This document shows, one piece after another, positions 1 through 12,953 of a DNA stretch of 64,000 bases; the first letter of the stretch is position 1; each line of letters begins with the position of its first letter. Where the stretch lies: the NCBI RefSeq assembly GCF_009914755.1, contig NC_060925.1; one strand, given 5' to 3'. A program made the position numbers and the translations under genes. Source of the DNA: the human T2T-CHM13v2.0 reference genome, Homo sapiens. The notes beneath the pieces are model-generated. The model did not search any database. It worked only from the letters and a program-made list of their open reading frames with translations, and was not told the DNA's origin.

Positions 1-469
1 TAGAAAGACACCAGATAAAAAATAATAATTATAATAAACTTCCATGAGTGTCCTAACAAGGAAATATAAGGTGAGATGGTAGTTTGCAACAGGAAAATCC
101 AAGTCTAGAGGATCAGGGAATGTATTTCGAAGAAGTAACTGGTAAGCTTTGACCAGAAATTTGACTATAGAGGGAAACAAGACAAGATGGGAAGAGAGAA
201 GGATAGGAGAGGAAGAGGAAGAAGAGCCAAGCAAAGGACTAGCCAGTGCCTAGAAGACTGGTCCAGCAGTGAAAGAAGCCTAGTATTGTGTGTGTTCAAG
301 TATAAATTGAGGTTAACTGCACCTTCTGGATCCCAATGATTTCCACATTTTTATTCATTCCTTCTTAAAGAGCTCTCCTTCAAAAGAAGAAAGGGAGACA
401 CAGAAAGAGGGAGGGAGAGAGAAAGAGAAAAGGAGAGCTAAAGAAACTATAATATCTGTACAGAGATTT

Positions 470-600
470 TACATGGATTATCTCATTTGGTCATCACGTT
501 CACTCTCTTAGGGAAGTATTACATTCATTCACATTTTAAGGTGAAAAACTGAGGCTTAGAGATAAAATGATGAGCCCTGCAGTCATTAAGATCCATGGAG
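470..600. mobile_element. MIR fragment
   Basis: MIR core-like cattttaaggtgaaaaactgaggcttagaga. Confidence 0.6.
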
Positions 601-2593
601 AGGGAGGTCTTCAGCCCATACTTTTAAGCTTCAAATTTCTTCCCCTAGATCTACCACTAATTTGAAGTGTTTATGACATAGCCTGGGATACTTGATGTTT
701 ATGATAAAAGCAGAAGCATAAAATTATCTAGTCACATACAATATATCTTCCTATCAACAGTTTTATTTCTCTTCTCATATTCTCTCTAATTTGTGTAACT
801 TCTTAGACTATGAAGCCTAGATTCAAATATGACATTAGAAGGAAAAAAGTGTCAGAAGTATTTCTTCTAATAATCTGCAGAATCATTCTGTGCTTCAAAA
901 AATAATTTCTGCATTTCAACTCAAAAACAAAAGGCTCAGGTGTTCTTTACACTTCTGTGTCTCTGTGCCACTTAAAATGATCTTAGTTTAGCATGTTGGG
1001 ATTGGTGATGGAAACAGGTCAATCTGATTCCATTTCGGCTGCTCCAGTGTAGCTGTAGCTTTTGTATATCTATTTTTAGCCATCCGTACACGTTATGATT
1101 TCATATGTGTCATCTCCTTTATCACCACAGAAATCGGAGAAGCATCTGGTTTCTATTCAGTTCTATCTTTGCTTTGACTACTTGTCTAATTAATCAGGAT
1201 GGTTTTGAATTATATTTCTCTCATTTCTCTTTCCCAATTTAAGGTGTTAATCTTACCTCCCACCTTGTATTTCTGCCTCCAAAGCCAATGACAACAAAAG
1301 GATACAGTCTTATGCAGGGATGAATTCCTTCTAGATGTTACAAACTTTGTTGTATTCAACTTTAATAGCCACCTTTGAGAATATATTTTAGGATATTCAT
1401 TTGCTTTTAATGATGCCAAAATGAAGTAATACTTGAGGTGTTAGTGGTGATTAAAAGAATTAGGTAACCAAAAATATGATTATAGATGGCCTTAATTTGA
1501 ATAGTAATTTTTAAGCTCAGCTGTGAATGAGGTCTAAGATGCTGCCGGCTCCATTTTTGTAAGGCGTTTTACTTATGCATGCACACACCCTTTGCATAAT
1601 GACAGTCTCCTGCTACACTATACATTCTAAATGAGGAAAGGCTATCTAATTTGAATGTGAGAGCACAGTTGAAAACTTTTCATTCAAATTATGTAAAAAT
1701 ACATAAAGCACAGATTACGGTCACAAGAGAGCCAACAGGTACACTTTAAAATGTATTCTTTCTGCTAAAGTAATTTATTGAAAGCCAAAAGAATTTAAGA
1801 CTGCTGGTGTAGAGAAAATAAATTTGGTTTGCATCGCTTTCAGTTAACAAAAATCACATGCATATTAAAATATCCTGGGTCTTCATAATAAAATTGTTTT
1901 ACACAACTACCTGAAACATCATTCATAAAGCAGTCATTTTAATGCAATGGATTGTTGTCAATGTCAGTTGTGTCAAGACCTTTTCAAAACTGACAGGATT
2001 TAAAAGCCTCTAAATGGTTGTGATGACATCTCAGCTGTCATTTTCTAAGAACCACAATCCTGTGTCTTGTTTTCCAAGATTGGCAGTGTAGTGGTTTCAG
2101 AAATCTAAGATAATTTATGACCTTTTGAAAAATAAGCAAATAAAATATTATGTTTCACAAACATAATATTGAAAGTCACTGAAACCAAAGGGTATCCATA
2201 CAAACAATACAAGTAGCTATTTATGTCAGTAAATAAAATACATGTGGCACTGTTTTTTTTGGTTAATTGATATAATGTTCAGCCCACACTCTGCAGTTCA
2301 TAGTTGGAGATGCTCAGCGAAGTCTAAGCTTCTCTGTAGCTTCCAAGCAACTCAGGAGTGCCTTCAACATGCAAATGGCAAGTATGAGTTTCTAGAGTGT
2401 CACCTCCTGATGGAGTCCCACCTTCAGTATACTTCAAACTCAATATTTCATCTGTCTTACTTTTAGAGATAGAACTGTATCCAAGTATCTTCTGGTAGAA
2501 TACAAACAAAAATCACATTTGAGAGGAGTGCCAAGTTGGGAGTGCAGTTCACAGACATGTCCCAAGGAGTGACTCTATTAAAGGAAGAAATAT

Positions 2594-2624
2594 GTATCTA
2601 TGTGTATGTATATATATGTTTATA

Positions 2625-2685
<61 letters not shown>

Positions 2686-2855
2686 CTGTTTACCATTCCA
2701 TGTGCAAGTCTCCTCTTTAATATTTCAGAGTTATATATAGAGAGACAGTTATATATAACTCTATATGTAACTTTCTCTCTCTCTCTATATATATATATAT
2801 ACACATAGTAAGTTATATACATTATTTAGTAAGATATATATATCTATCTTACTAA
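2594..2855. repeat. (TA)n/(TG)n microsatellite complex with embedded palindromes
   Basis: Pure (TA) run ~2635-2682, further TA/CT runs to ~2850. Confidence 0.95.
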
Positions 2856-3089
2856 AATTTCAAGGGAGTTGAAAAGGAAAGATAAGGCACTCTTGATAGC
2901 ATAGTTCCATACATCACCAGAATTGACTTCTAGGGGCATTTAACAAAACATATGACTCCCTCTTAATGGAAATATCTTAAATTGGCTTCTAGGACTGGAT
3001 TTCTTTCTCCCCTACTGATTGCCCTTTCACCATTTCTTTTCCTGTTCCTACTCATAATCCAAAATGTATTATAATGAGAAGAGACACTC

Positions 3090-4010
3090 CTCATCTATTT
3101 TCTGCTTCCACTCACTCTCCTGATGATCTCTTCTAGTTCTATGGCTTTTAAAGGGAATCTCAAACTTAACAAATTTAAATCTGAGTCCTGATTTCCTGCC
3201 CAAAGCTTTCTCCAACCCAAGTTCTCTCTATCTCTGTTAATAACTACTCTGTTCTTCCACTATTCTGGCTAAATAATTTGTAGTCATCTCTTGGTTCTTC
3301 TCTTTCTCATATACCCTATATTCAATCCATCAGCATTTTCTGTCATCTCTTTCTTTAGACTATTTCTAATATCCAGCTATTCTTAAAAAGATGTTCTCCC
3401 TTGCCCTAGCTCATAACTATTCAATCACAAGTCCCATTCATTCTACTTTCTGAATAGCTTTGAAATCTATGCACTTCCCTTTATTCTCTGTGATGTTACC
3501 AAACCTAATTCACCATCAATTGTCCTCCTGATCTCCTGGTGTGGTATCCTAATTTTTCTTTCTTTCACCCACAGCCAGCTATTACACCACATGGGAGCCA
3601 GCGATGCTTTTTCAAACATGTGGTTACATTAGTCCCTGACTTAAAATTCTCCTCGTTGGCCTCAGAATAAGTAAAGAAGTCCTTAACAAGATCTACAATG
3701 TCCTACATGATTTGGCACCTTTATGCCTTTTGTGATTTATCTTTCTTCTCAAAACCCACAGGGCTTCCTCCAGTTTACCATTCCATGTGCAAGTCTCCTT
3801 TTTAATATTTCATAGTCATAATACTACTTGAAAAACCAGCTTAAAATTTCATTTCCTTCAGAAAGCTTTTCCTTAGGGACGCAATTTTTTTCTTTTGGGT
3901 TACTTTTTCAAAATCTGATTTCTTGATTGACTTTTTACCTTAATCATCTTTTATCTTCAAATCCTAGCACAGTTCCTAAGCACCTACTCCATAAATACTC
4001 TAAATAAATA
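3090..4010. mobile_element. L2 remnants
   Basis: L2-like phrases (catctcaaacttaac-like, ctagcacagttcctaagcac...aaataaataaattg 3' end). Confidence 0.55.
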
Positions 4011-4550
4011 AATTGAAAAAATTACTAAAAATAAAGTAGATAGCTTTCCAAAATATGTTAAGACTCTCCCCTCCGCCACCAAAAGAGGATAATATTATCC
4101 ATCTTATATGGTTGTGTGATATTTAGCATAAAGTAGACATATGAAGACTTAGCACATCAGTACTAATGTTTAATTAAAATAACATATTATTTACAGTTAA
4201 AATAATCATCTTGAAATATCCTTATGATTATTTTAGAGTTGATGTTATTGTTCAAAATACTTTGCCATGGAAGAAGACAAAATCACTAAGGAAAAAGTCT
4301 AGAAAGAAAAGACTTGAGGCAGAACGTGGAGAATATATATATGCTCTGCTTATATTTTTCAAAGACCTGTGGAGAATAAAAAATTAGTAAAAGAAATAGA
4401 GAGAAGATAGTAAATTAAAGACAGCTTAATTCCACTTCACGAACTATTGAATCCATCTGTAGTGACAAATCTTTCTCTGATAATCACATTGAATACTTAA
4501 CATTATCAGAAGCTTTTGCATTCAAATCTGTTTAAAAAATCAATTCCGGA

Positions 4551-4851
4551 ATTTTATTTTCCTTTTTTTTGACGGAGTCTCGCTCTGTCGCCTAGGCTGG
4601 AGTGCAGTGGCATGATCACGGCTGACTGCAACCTCCAACTCCTGGGTTCAAGCAATTCTCCTGCCTCAGCCTCCTGAGTAGCTGGGATTACAGATACCCA
4701 CCACCACGCCTGGCTAATTTTTATATTTTTAGTATAGATGGGGTTCCACCATGTTGGATCTGGCTGGTCTTTAACTCCTCGCTTCAGGTGATCCACCCAC
4801 CTTAGCCTCCCAAAGAGCTGGAATTACAGGCATGAGCCACCATGCCCGGCC
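4551..4851 (-). mobile_element. AluS element
   Basis: T-tail, then gacggagtctcgctctgtcgcc...gagccaccatgcccggcc. Confidence 0.97.
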
Positions 4852-4899
4852 AATTTTCTGGAGATTTTTAAACCAAAATTGAATATAATAAAAAGGAAA

Positions 4900-6260
4900 T
4901 TATAGTGACTTTCTTTCTGTGAACAAGGAAGGCTTCTCAGAGGATATTCAACTTAAGGTAAATGATAAAGGTGGAAGACAAACTGTACAGGATATAATTA
5001 TGAGGGCAAAAGGAATTTTAGATGGTGAAACAGTGTAAACAAAAGTTTTAGGTAAAATATTCACTTTGGGAACAGAGAGTAGTCCAGTTTATGCATATCA
5101 ATAGGAAAAAGTAGAAGTTGATTTCAAAATAACATATTAAAGTCAGGGTGTGAAGAATCTCAAATGCCACACTGAGATGTTTAACTTTTATGTTATAGAA
5201 AATAATGGGTTTTCAGCTGAATTTTTATGTGATAAAAGTTATATTTTGGTAAAACTGATTTAGTAATATTATTTATTGTGTTCAGAAGGGAAAGATACTG
5301 TAAAAAGAGGTATCAGATAAATGACAAATTCCATAACTTAGGGAAAATGTTGGTTATAAAGCCCTAAGCTGGAAAAATAAGAGTGAGAATGAAAAAGACC
5401 ATTGTGAAATTAGAAAATAAAAAAAAGAATTTACACGCATATGTGCATGTGCACACGCACAAACACACAACATAAGTGATCAGAGAAAAAACAGGTGTCA
5501 GAGACAATTCCTATGTTTCTAGCTTGAACAACTTTAAGAAATATAATTACATTTACACGAACATGGAGGTGTGATGTTTTGTCACTGACATTAAGCTGAA
5601 TTGCCAAGACACAGCTTTATAAGACTACTGATCATCTCCTGAGAACAGTAAACCTGCTCATCACTTAGCTACCAATTGCTGATGCTGGCAGTTCCTTGGT
5701 AGGAAAATAGGCAAATCAGAAAAATGACGAGCATAAGTCAGAAGTACAAGGTTAATATATTTCAGTAATAATATTAATTAGCATTATTATGTTGAAATTG
5801 AAGAGTTCTCTCTAAAATTTAAACATGATTTTGAACAAGTATAGAACCATTTTTTCACTGCTTATACATGTATTTATTGAGTTCTTACAGTGTGCAAGGC
5901 ATACTAAAGGATGTTCAAAATGTAAATATCATCTTAGCAATGCAAAATCCCTTAACAGATCAGAAAGAAAAAAAATCCACACATAAACTTCAATGCTAGG
6001 TGTTAGTTAAATTTAAAGACAAAAAGACTTGTGAAAGACTTAGGATAAAAGGAGTGACTTTCAGTTTGATTGAGATATTATGAGAAATGTTTAAAAGTAA
6101 AAATATACAAGAAATGTAAGTGGAATTGTCTAGCTTGATGGGAATACAGGGCACACATAAAAGAGAAGAAATGTGTAAGTAGGTATTACATTGTAAAGGC
6201 CATGAATGCCAAAATCATGGCTTTGGACTTTTTAAGTAGGAAAAGAGGAATTATTATAGG
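4900..6260. mobile_element. Degenerate L2 fragments
   Basis: caaggaaggcttctcagagga, tatttattgagttcttacagtgtgcaaggca, ggccatgaatgccaa-type L2 motifs. Confidence 0.5.
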
Positions 6261-7074
6261 TGTTCAGTTACAACAACAACAATAATAATAATAAGCTAGC
6301 ACTGTTTGGCAGGCACACTTTGGCCATGCTGTCAGCAAAAAACTCCCTTGATGAGTGTCTAAACAGGTTAGGTTCCTCTGCTTAACCACTAGGGGAAATA
6401 TAAAGTTAAACAAATCACAGATGATGCTGTTAAAGACTTAACAATATAGTTAATTGAAGAAACAGGCTGCATATATTCTCATATTCCCACAACACCAGAT
6501 AAGTTTATGAAACAGACTATAGTAGATGTTTAAAAACCACTACAAATCTTGATAATAGCCACTATTGATTCCCACTATGAGGCAAACACTGTATATGTTC
6601 ATTATATAAGTTATCGTGCCACTTAACTGCACAAAACCTTTCAGTATCTTTCTATTGCTTCTAGCAGGAAAATAAGTCCTGAACACAGCACATAAACTCT
6701 ACAAGACCTGGCCTGGATCTCCTTTTACAATATTATAACAAAAATTCCTTGCTTACACCCTACACTCTGGCTCTCAAGGTGTAGTGGCTCTTTAGAACCT
6801 AATAATTTTTTTCTTGCATTAGGGACTCTGTGTTTATTTGCTTATTTTTTCTGCCCTAAGTGTTTTTCCCCAGATTCTTAGAGCACCATCTTCTTCTTAT
6901 CTTTCAACTTTACATCTAAAACATTTATTTAGTTGTTGGTTTTGTTTCCCCAAATACAGCAGCATCTTGTACATAACAGACACTCAAAATTTTTTGTGAA
7001 ATAATAAATATATGGATCATCCTGCTTTAATTCTTATATCACTGGGTCAAAAACTATCAGCAGCTTAACACTGA

Positions 7075-7830
7075 AGAAGCAGAAACTCAGAAATATTAAG
7101 CTAACTCACCCAAGGTCACCAAAGCTGTAAGTGTTAGAGGACAGACTTGAAAAGGATCCCCAAGTGTTTCCACTGCCCTGCACCATCTTCTGGTATAATA
7201 AATGGACAACTGATTCCAGATTTTCAGGCCTTTAAGATTATTTTGGCACTTGTTCTGGAACTTTGATGAGGGACTCAAGAAGGTAATCAAAGGAAGAAAA
7301 GTGGAAGTATATTCTGGGATCATGAGTAGCTGAAGTCCCAAAGGAAAGGAAAGATCTATGAGCAAATAGTGGCCTTTTGATGATTCTTTTCAAATTACTT
7401 TTTTTATTCTTTTCTTCCTAGAATAATAATATTAAAATAGTTTGGTATTCTTGTGTCATTTAATCCTGAAAACATTTTAAGATAGGTGCTATTACTATTC
7501 TCTTTCACACTATGGAAATTGAAAATTAAAGGAAATTATAGAAACTGCTTCACTCATGCAAACAGCAAGTAAGTAGCTGAGGAGGAATTTGATTGCAGGT
7601 GTCTGTGCCTATTGTTTAACCTCAATTTAGTGCACCATAAATTGTCATTTATAGTTCCATACTCCAAAATTCTAACATTTTTACCATCTCCTGCATTTTT
7701 CCAAGGGACATTTAAATTCCATTTAACAAATATTTATTGATTTACTATTATGTGGTAGGTATTCTGCTAAGTGCTAGAAAATAGAATGATGAATAAGACA
7801 GATACAGAACCCGCCTATGGTGAGCTTTTA
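7075..7830. mobile_element. MIR and L2 fragments
   Basis: gaaactcagaaatattaagctaactcacccaaggtcac (MIR); catttaacaaatatttattga (L2 3' end). Confidence 0.55.
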
Positions 7831-7842
7831 ATTTTAAGATTA

Positions 7843-8185
<343 letters not shown>

Positions 8186-8925
8186 TTAAGTTACATAATT
8201 TGGATATAAACTTTTCTGCTTCTCAAAATATATCCTGGAATATGTGAGGATCTTAGTATCTCCACAAGAAGGTTTGGAGCATTTTACATATTTGCAGGTG
8301 AATGGTGTGTTTCAATATAATAGATCTCCATTAGAACTCGCTGGAAATGCCTATATGTGGTAATGATAAAGAAACAGGGAGATTATATGTAGATATATGT
8401 TCTGTGGGAGAGATGAGAATCACTAAAGAGGGGATGTTATTTGATCCATTTATCAAATAAAAAGAAACACAAATTAGAAAGAAAAGCAGTGTTGTGAGGA
8501 ACAAAGGAAAATATGGAGAATGGGAATGAGTTGGTATATTCAAACCTAATAAATTCTAGAAACAGTTCTGCCTAGGAAAATTACATTTTAAGTACTCAGT
8601 TCAAAGTGTTAGAAAAGAAAAGGTAGGTGAAAAAAATGTAAAGTCATAAAATATCTTGCTTGCTTTTTCACTTTGCCTTCTTTAAAATAAATCTCAAAAT
8701 AAGGTTTTACCACTGTTTCCTGTCAATGCTACCCCTCTCAAGCATGGAAGAAAAATAATTAAACCAAGCATGTATTCTGCATTCTAGAAAATGAATACAT
8801 GAACTTTCTGCTGTTTTGCATCAGATTTGCTTTGTGTTTAGAAAGAATTTTAAATAATATATATGTATAAACTATACATTCTTTGATTAAACTAATTCAA
8901 TGATATGCAACCTTATTTTCCACAG

Positions 8926-9129
8926 ATTAACATTGACTTCGGTACCAGAGACCTCATCTCAAAGAATATTGCTGAACCAACACTCAAATGCTTTGATGAG
9001 GCTCAGAAATTAATCTATTGTCTCATGGCCAAGGATTCTTTCCCTCGATTTCTGAAGTCAGAGATTTATAAAAAACTGGTAAATAGCCAACAGGTTCCAA
9101 ATCATAAAAAATGGCTCCCTTTTTTGTGA
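8926..9129 (+). CDS. RGS21: Final coding exon of regulator of G-protein signaling 21 (C-terminal half of RGS domain, 67 aa + stop)
   Basis: Translation INIDFGTRDLISKNIAEPTLKCFDEAQKLIYCLMAKDSFPRFLKSEIYKKLVNSQQVPNHKKWLPFL* has the RGS-box motifs (INID..TR, FDEAQ, LM.KDSFPRFLKS) and matches my recall of the human RGS21 C-terminus. It is preceded by the acceptor cttattttccacag| (AG at 8924-8925), phase 0. Stop TGA at 9127-9129. Confidence 0.96.
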   Translation: MNIDFGTRDLISKNIAEPTLKCFDEAQKLIYCLMAKDSFPRFLKSEIYKKLVNSQQVPNHKKWLPFL

Positions 9130-10312
9130 GGAAGGTAAAAGTTAACTAATTAATCACTATACTTCAGGGCTACAATATTTTAAATATACAAGCATGATGC
9201 ATTGTCTTTTGTTTTGTTTTTAGGATTTAGAAAACATTTTTTACCCAAACAGATGAATAACGTTTTATACAACAAGCCTGAATTTCTAACTCAGTTGTTT
9301 AGAATGTATTTGCTTTACCAGCTATTTAATCTCCTACTGGGGGAGTACAAAGAAAGTTTATAGAGATACAATATAGTCTTAAACCAAAACTGAATATTCT
9401 TATTATATTATAATGTAAGGAATTATACATATCTTCACGTGGCAGAATGAAAGACTTTTGAGCATCATATACACAATTTTAAATACCATTGCTTTATTCA
9501 AAAAAATCTCACTTTTGTAAAAAGAGAATTTCTGAACCAAAATACAAGCTTTCATTTAATATATTTAACTGTTTTTTTTCTGCCATTTCTTTCCAACTAT
9601 TTCTAATAATGTGGTTATGAAAACTGCTACGCCTCTCAAATTATATTTTTTAAATCACAGGAATGTATACGCATTTATATGTATGTCTTGAATGCACCAT
9701 GGACCAAAGTTTTTCAAAATATATCACTTGGCTCAATTCAATGGCATCACATATAAAATGTGATGAGTTATGTATGAAAAGGCCTCAAGGGTGGGGAATA
9801 CTGATTTTCTTATGTTAACAGAAATATAAAAGAAAGTGGAAGACTAAGGAGCATAGATAAATCCTTATAAGATGAAGTATATAGCAAGTCATAAAATTTA
9901 AGAATTTGCAACATTATCTACTCAATTGTGGGGAAGTATCTATTCACTCCTTCAGCACTGATACTTGTTTATAAAACCCAAACAATTTTTAAATGCATTT
10001 ATTTTGAGATGTTCCTAAAATTGTTTCATTCTATATGTAAATATCCTGTGATAAATACGAATAATTTCATTTCAATATGAGAAGCTGTAAAGATTCAACA
10101 GATCTCCCACGTTTCCATTTTCTTTGCACAGATTTATTTATCTGCATTGATATTTCTGCTTTTAGATTGTTTGAACATTAAAAAATGGAGGAAAAATAGC
10201 ATGGCTTATTTTATGTTTTCACAAACTACTCATTTGATAGACAAAATTTTGTCTTCCAGACAAAATTTTGTCTTCCCTTCATCATGAGAAATAAACATTT
10301 AAACATATTCAA
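9130..10312 (+). other. RGS21: RGS21 3' UTR (end approximate)
   Basis: AU-rich sequence after the stop codon, ending ~15-20 nt after AATAAA at 10290-10295. Confidence 0.7.
10290..10295 (+). terminator. Canonical polyadenylation signal AATAAA (variant ATTAAA upstream at 10177-10182)
   Basis: gagaAATAAAcattt downstream of the RGS21 stop; cleavage site inferred, not observed. Confidence 0.65.
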
Positions 10313-11579
10313 ATGGAATATTCCCTGTACATTTGCAAATTCTTTAAAAGAAGGCATAAATAGAAATTGGTTGTGAAGCATTCAATGTGCCTTAAGGTGC
10401 ACTTAGTGGAAAATAGCTACACTTTTTAACATATATTGTAGAGATTCCAACCTTAATTTAGTCTCTATTTAAATGGGAAACTTCAAATTATTCTCGGAGA
10501 AAAAATAGACTTTTGAAGATAAAAGGAATCTTGGAAATTAAAATCACATTCCCACTTTTAGATATGAAAAGAAAAAAATCTCAGTTATTTCCTCAGATCA
10601 CAAGGCTAGTAAGTGACCAAGGTGGTCAGAGCAGTGCTTTTCCCACGTGGGCTCCCTACTCTGACAGAACAGTGTAGTCCTCTCTCCAATTAAGAACTGT
10701 TCTGAGGTCTGGAATCTAAACTCCAACTAATCCTCAAATACCCAGACACAATCCCTTTCATCAGGTATTTCCATTTTCTCTTTACAGTCAGTTTGCAACT
10801 TCTTTCTCGTTACCATAGAGCAAGACTTTATATTTAATGATTGCCTCTCAAGTTTTCTCTAATGATGTGAAAGAAGACACAAATTAAACTTTCACTACCT
10901 AGAAACAGTAGGTGCTTGATAGTACCTAAAAAAATACGGCTGGTGTCAAAATGTCTTGTTGAAAATTGGATGTTAAATGACCTCTAATAGGATCCCAGCC
11001 AAAGACCCTCAATAACAATACCTACCTCCTCAACTCACTCCCGCCCTAAGTGACAATTCTAGGTATTCTGATTAAATAAAAGAAAAGAAAACAATTGCAG
11101 GTTTTTGAACACTTATCAGTCAGGATTTTTAATAAAATATCAGATGTACATCTTACACACGTGCTCTCTTTCATGCCATATGTTATTTTATTTCATCAGT
11201 TATCGATGAGTAATTTTATGGATGAAATTTTAAGTAAAAAAAAATTAATTTGCAAGAAATGAATAACAACATTAACATTCCTGAAAATGTGTTTAAATAT
11301 TCAATGATTGTTTAATGCCATTTCCTAAAAACGTTTCTATCAACTTTAAGAAATGAGGTGCTAACATTAAAAACTAAGGTAAGCAGTAAAACATTAATAC
11401 AATTACAAGATATTTAAATTGAAATGACCTTCATATTGTAAGATTTTTCCAAGCACAATGCTTTCTGCTTTCTGATAGTTTCCACAGAATGTGTTTTAAT
11501 GAAATTTCTGCTTGCCCTCCACTAGTCAGACCTAAAGAAGTAAAATGATATATTTCTAAGTTAATCTTACCTTTTTAAC

Positions 11580-12200
11580 AATGAATTATGGAGCTATAAT
11601 CCACGAATTTATCTAAAATCCTTTTGAATTTATTTGTATTTCAAGTATTAATAATTCCATCCATAATGATTCTTTTAAGTTTATATGTAGTTTCTTCTAT
11701 TTGCCCAGAAAGGATCTATTTCTGCCTCAAGATATAATCAAACTTTTTTCTAATACTATATTGTAAAAATCTAAAATCTTTAGGGCATTACAAACATAAT
11801 CTTGTCTCCAACTTTACCTTCCCAAATTTGCTTTTATTTCTTGGGTTTTTCTTCAGTCTGTCTATATGTAGAACTCATTCTACCCACTTTCATTGTTTTG
11901 GTTACTTTGCTCTACAGTTTTTAAAATTCTGTGTGGTGTAGCAACTATCTGTACTCAGGATATTGTTGATGAAAACACATATTGATATAATAAAAGGAGA
12001 GAAAAAAAGTGTTTTCAGTTTCTTTTCCAATATCCCTTCTAACGAAGCTTAGTATCAACCTGGCCTTTTATACCATAGTAGCATTCTGGGCCATAATTTT
12101 GGAAAATGGTCTAGGTTTCTTTCCTGAAATTTCAAGAAAAGTTTAGGTTCATTATCCTAGACTTGAAATTTAGATTGAACTTTCTTTTCTTTGTCTATAT
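11580..12200. mobile_element. Possible ancient L3/CR1 remnant
   Basis: aatttatctaaaatccttttgaa... resembles the antisense CR1 3' region; highly degraded. Confidence 0.3.
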
Positions 12201-12911
12201 GGAAGATAATTAGCCAATATTCCCAATCATGTAGGCTATGCCTAACATAAATAAATAATTATTAGAAAACTTAAGAAATTTATTCTAAAAACAGAAAATT
12301 CTCCTTAAAAACAAAACCAGACAAGTTGGTCTCAGTATCGCTAGTCTCTGCACATTTATTTCCTATGTAAAAATTATATCTTTAGTTTTCACTCACACAA
12401 TCCCTATATAACAGTTTCACCCCAATTATATCAAATGTGGGCCTGATTTGCTTCCCAACCACATGGCCAGGTAATTTATTTCATGGTGATGCCAATTAAT
12501 TTAAAGTGAACTCATTTCATAACTGTGAAAAAGGTGGGATGTTGTCACAGCAGTAATCAACTATTATATGAATAAAGAGTCACACAGGCTAGCTTCCTCT
12601 TATTGTTTTGTCAGATTTGCCACTGCATTTTAATGGGCAACGAACAGGAATGAATATTAAGTGATAACTTATTTACCTAGGCTATGCTATTGTGGAGAAA
12701 TTTTTATATGTTCTGTATAAATACTACTTATAGAGTGTGTTGAAATATGTATAATTAATTCTAATAATAAATGAACATATATTAGTGTGTTTCCAAGTAT
12801 AACAGAAAGTGGGGAAAATAACATTTACTTAAAAATGCATTTTTTTTTAAGAAATCACATTAGCCTTTCTTTTTCTTTTGTTTAAGAAGCAAAAACAGAG
12901 CTAGACATGTG

Positions 12912-12917
12912 GAAAAG

Positions 12918-12948
<31 letters not shown>

Positions 12949-12953
12949 TATAT
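12912..12953. repeat. (A)n(TA)n microsatellite
   Basis: Directly visible. Confidence 0.95.

Noticed and set aside
2536-2822. YI-repeat hydrophobic ORFs
   Set aside because: Translation of a (TA)n microsatellite
8905-8925. ATG-initiated 74-aa ORF as a standalone gene
   Set aside because: MQPYFPQ is translated polypyrimidine tract/acceptor sequence; RGS homology starts exactly after the AG at 8925
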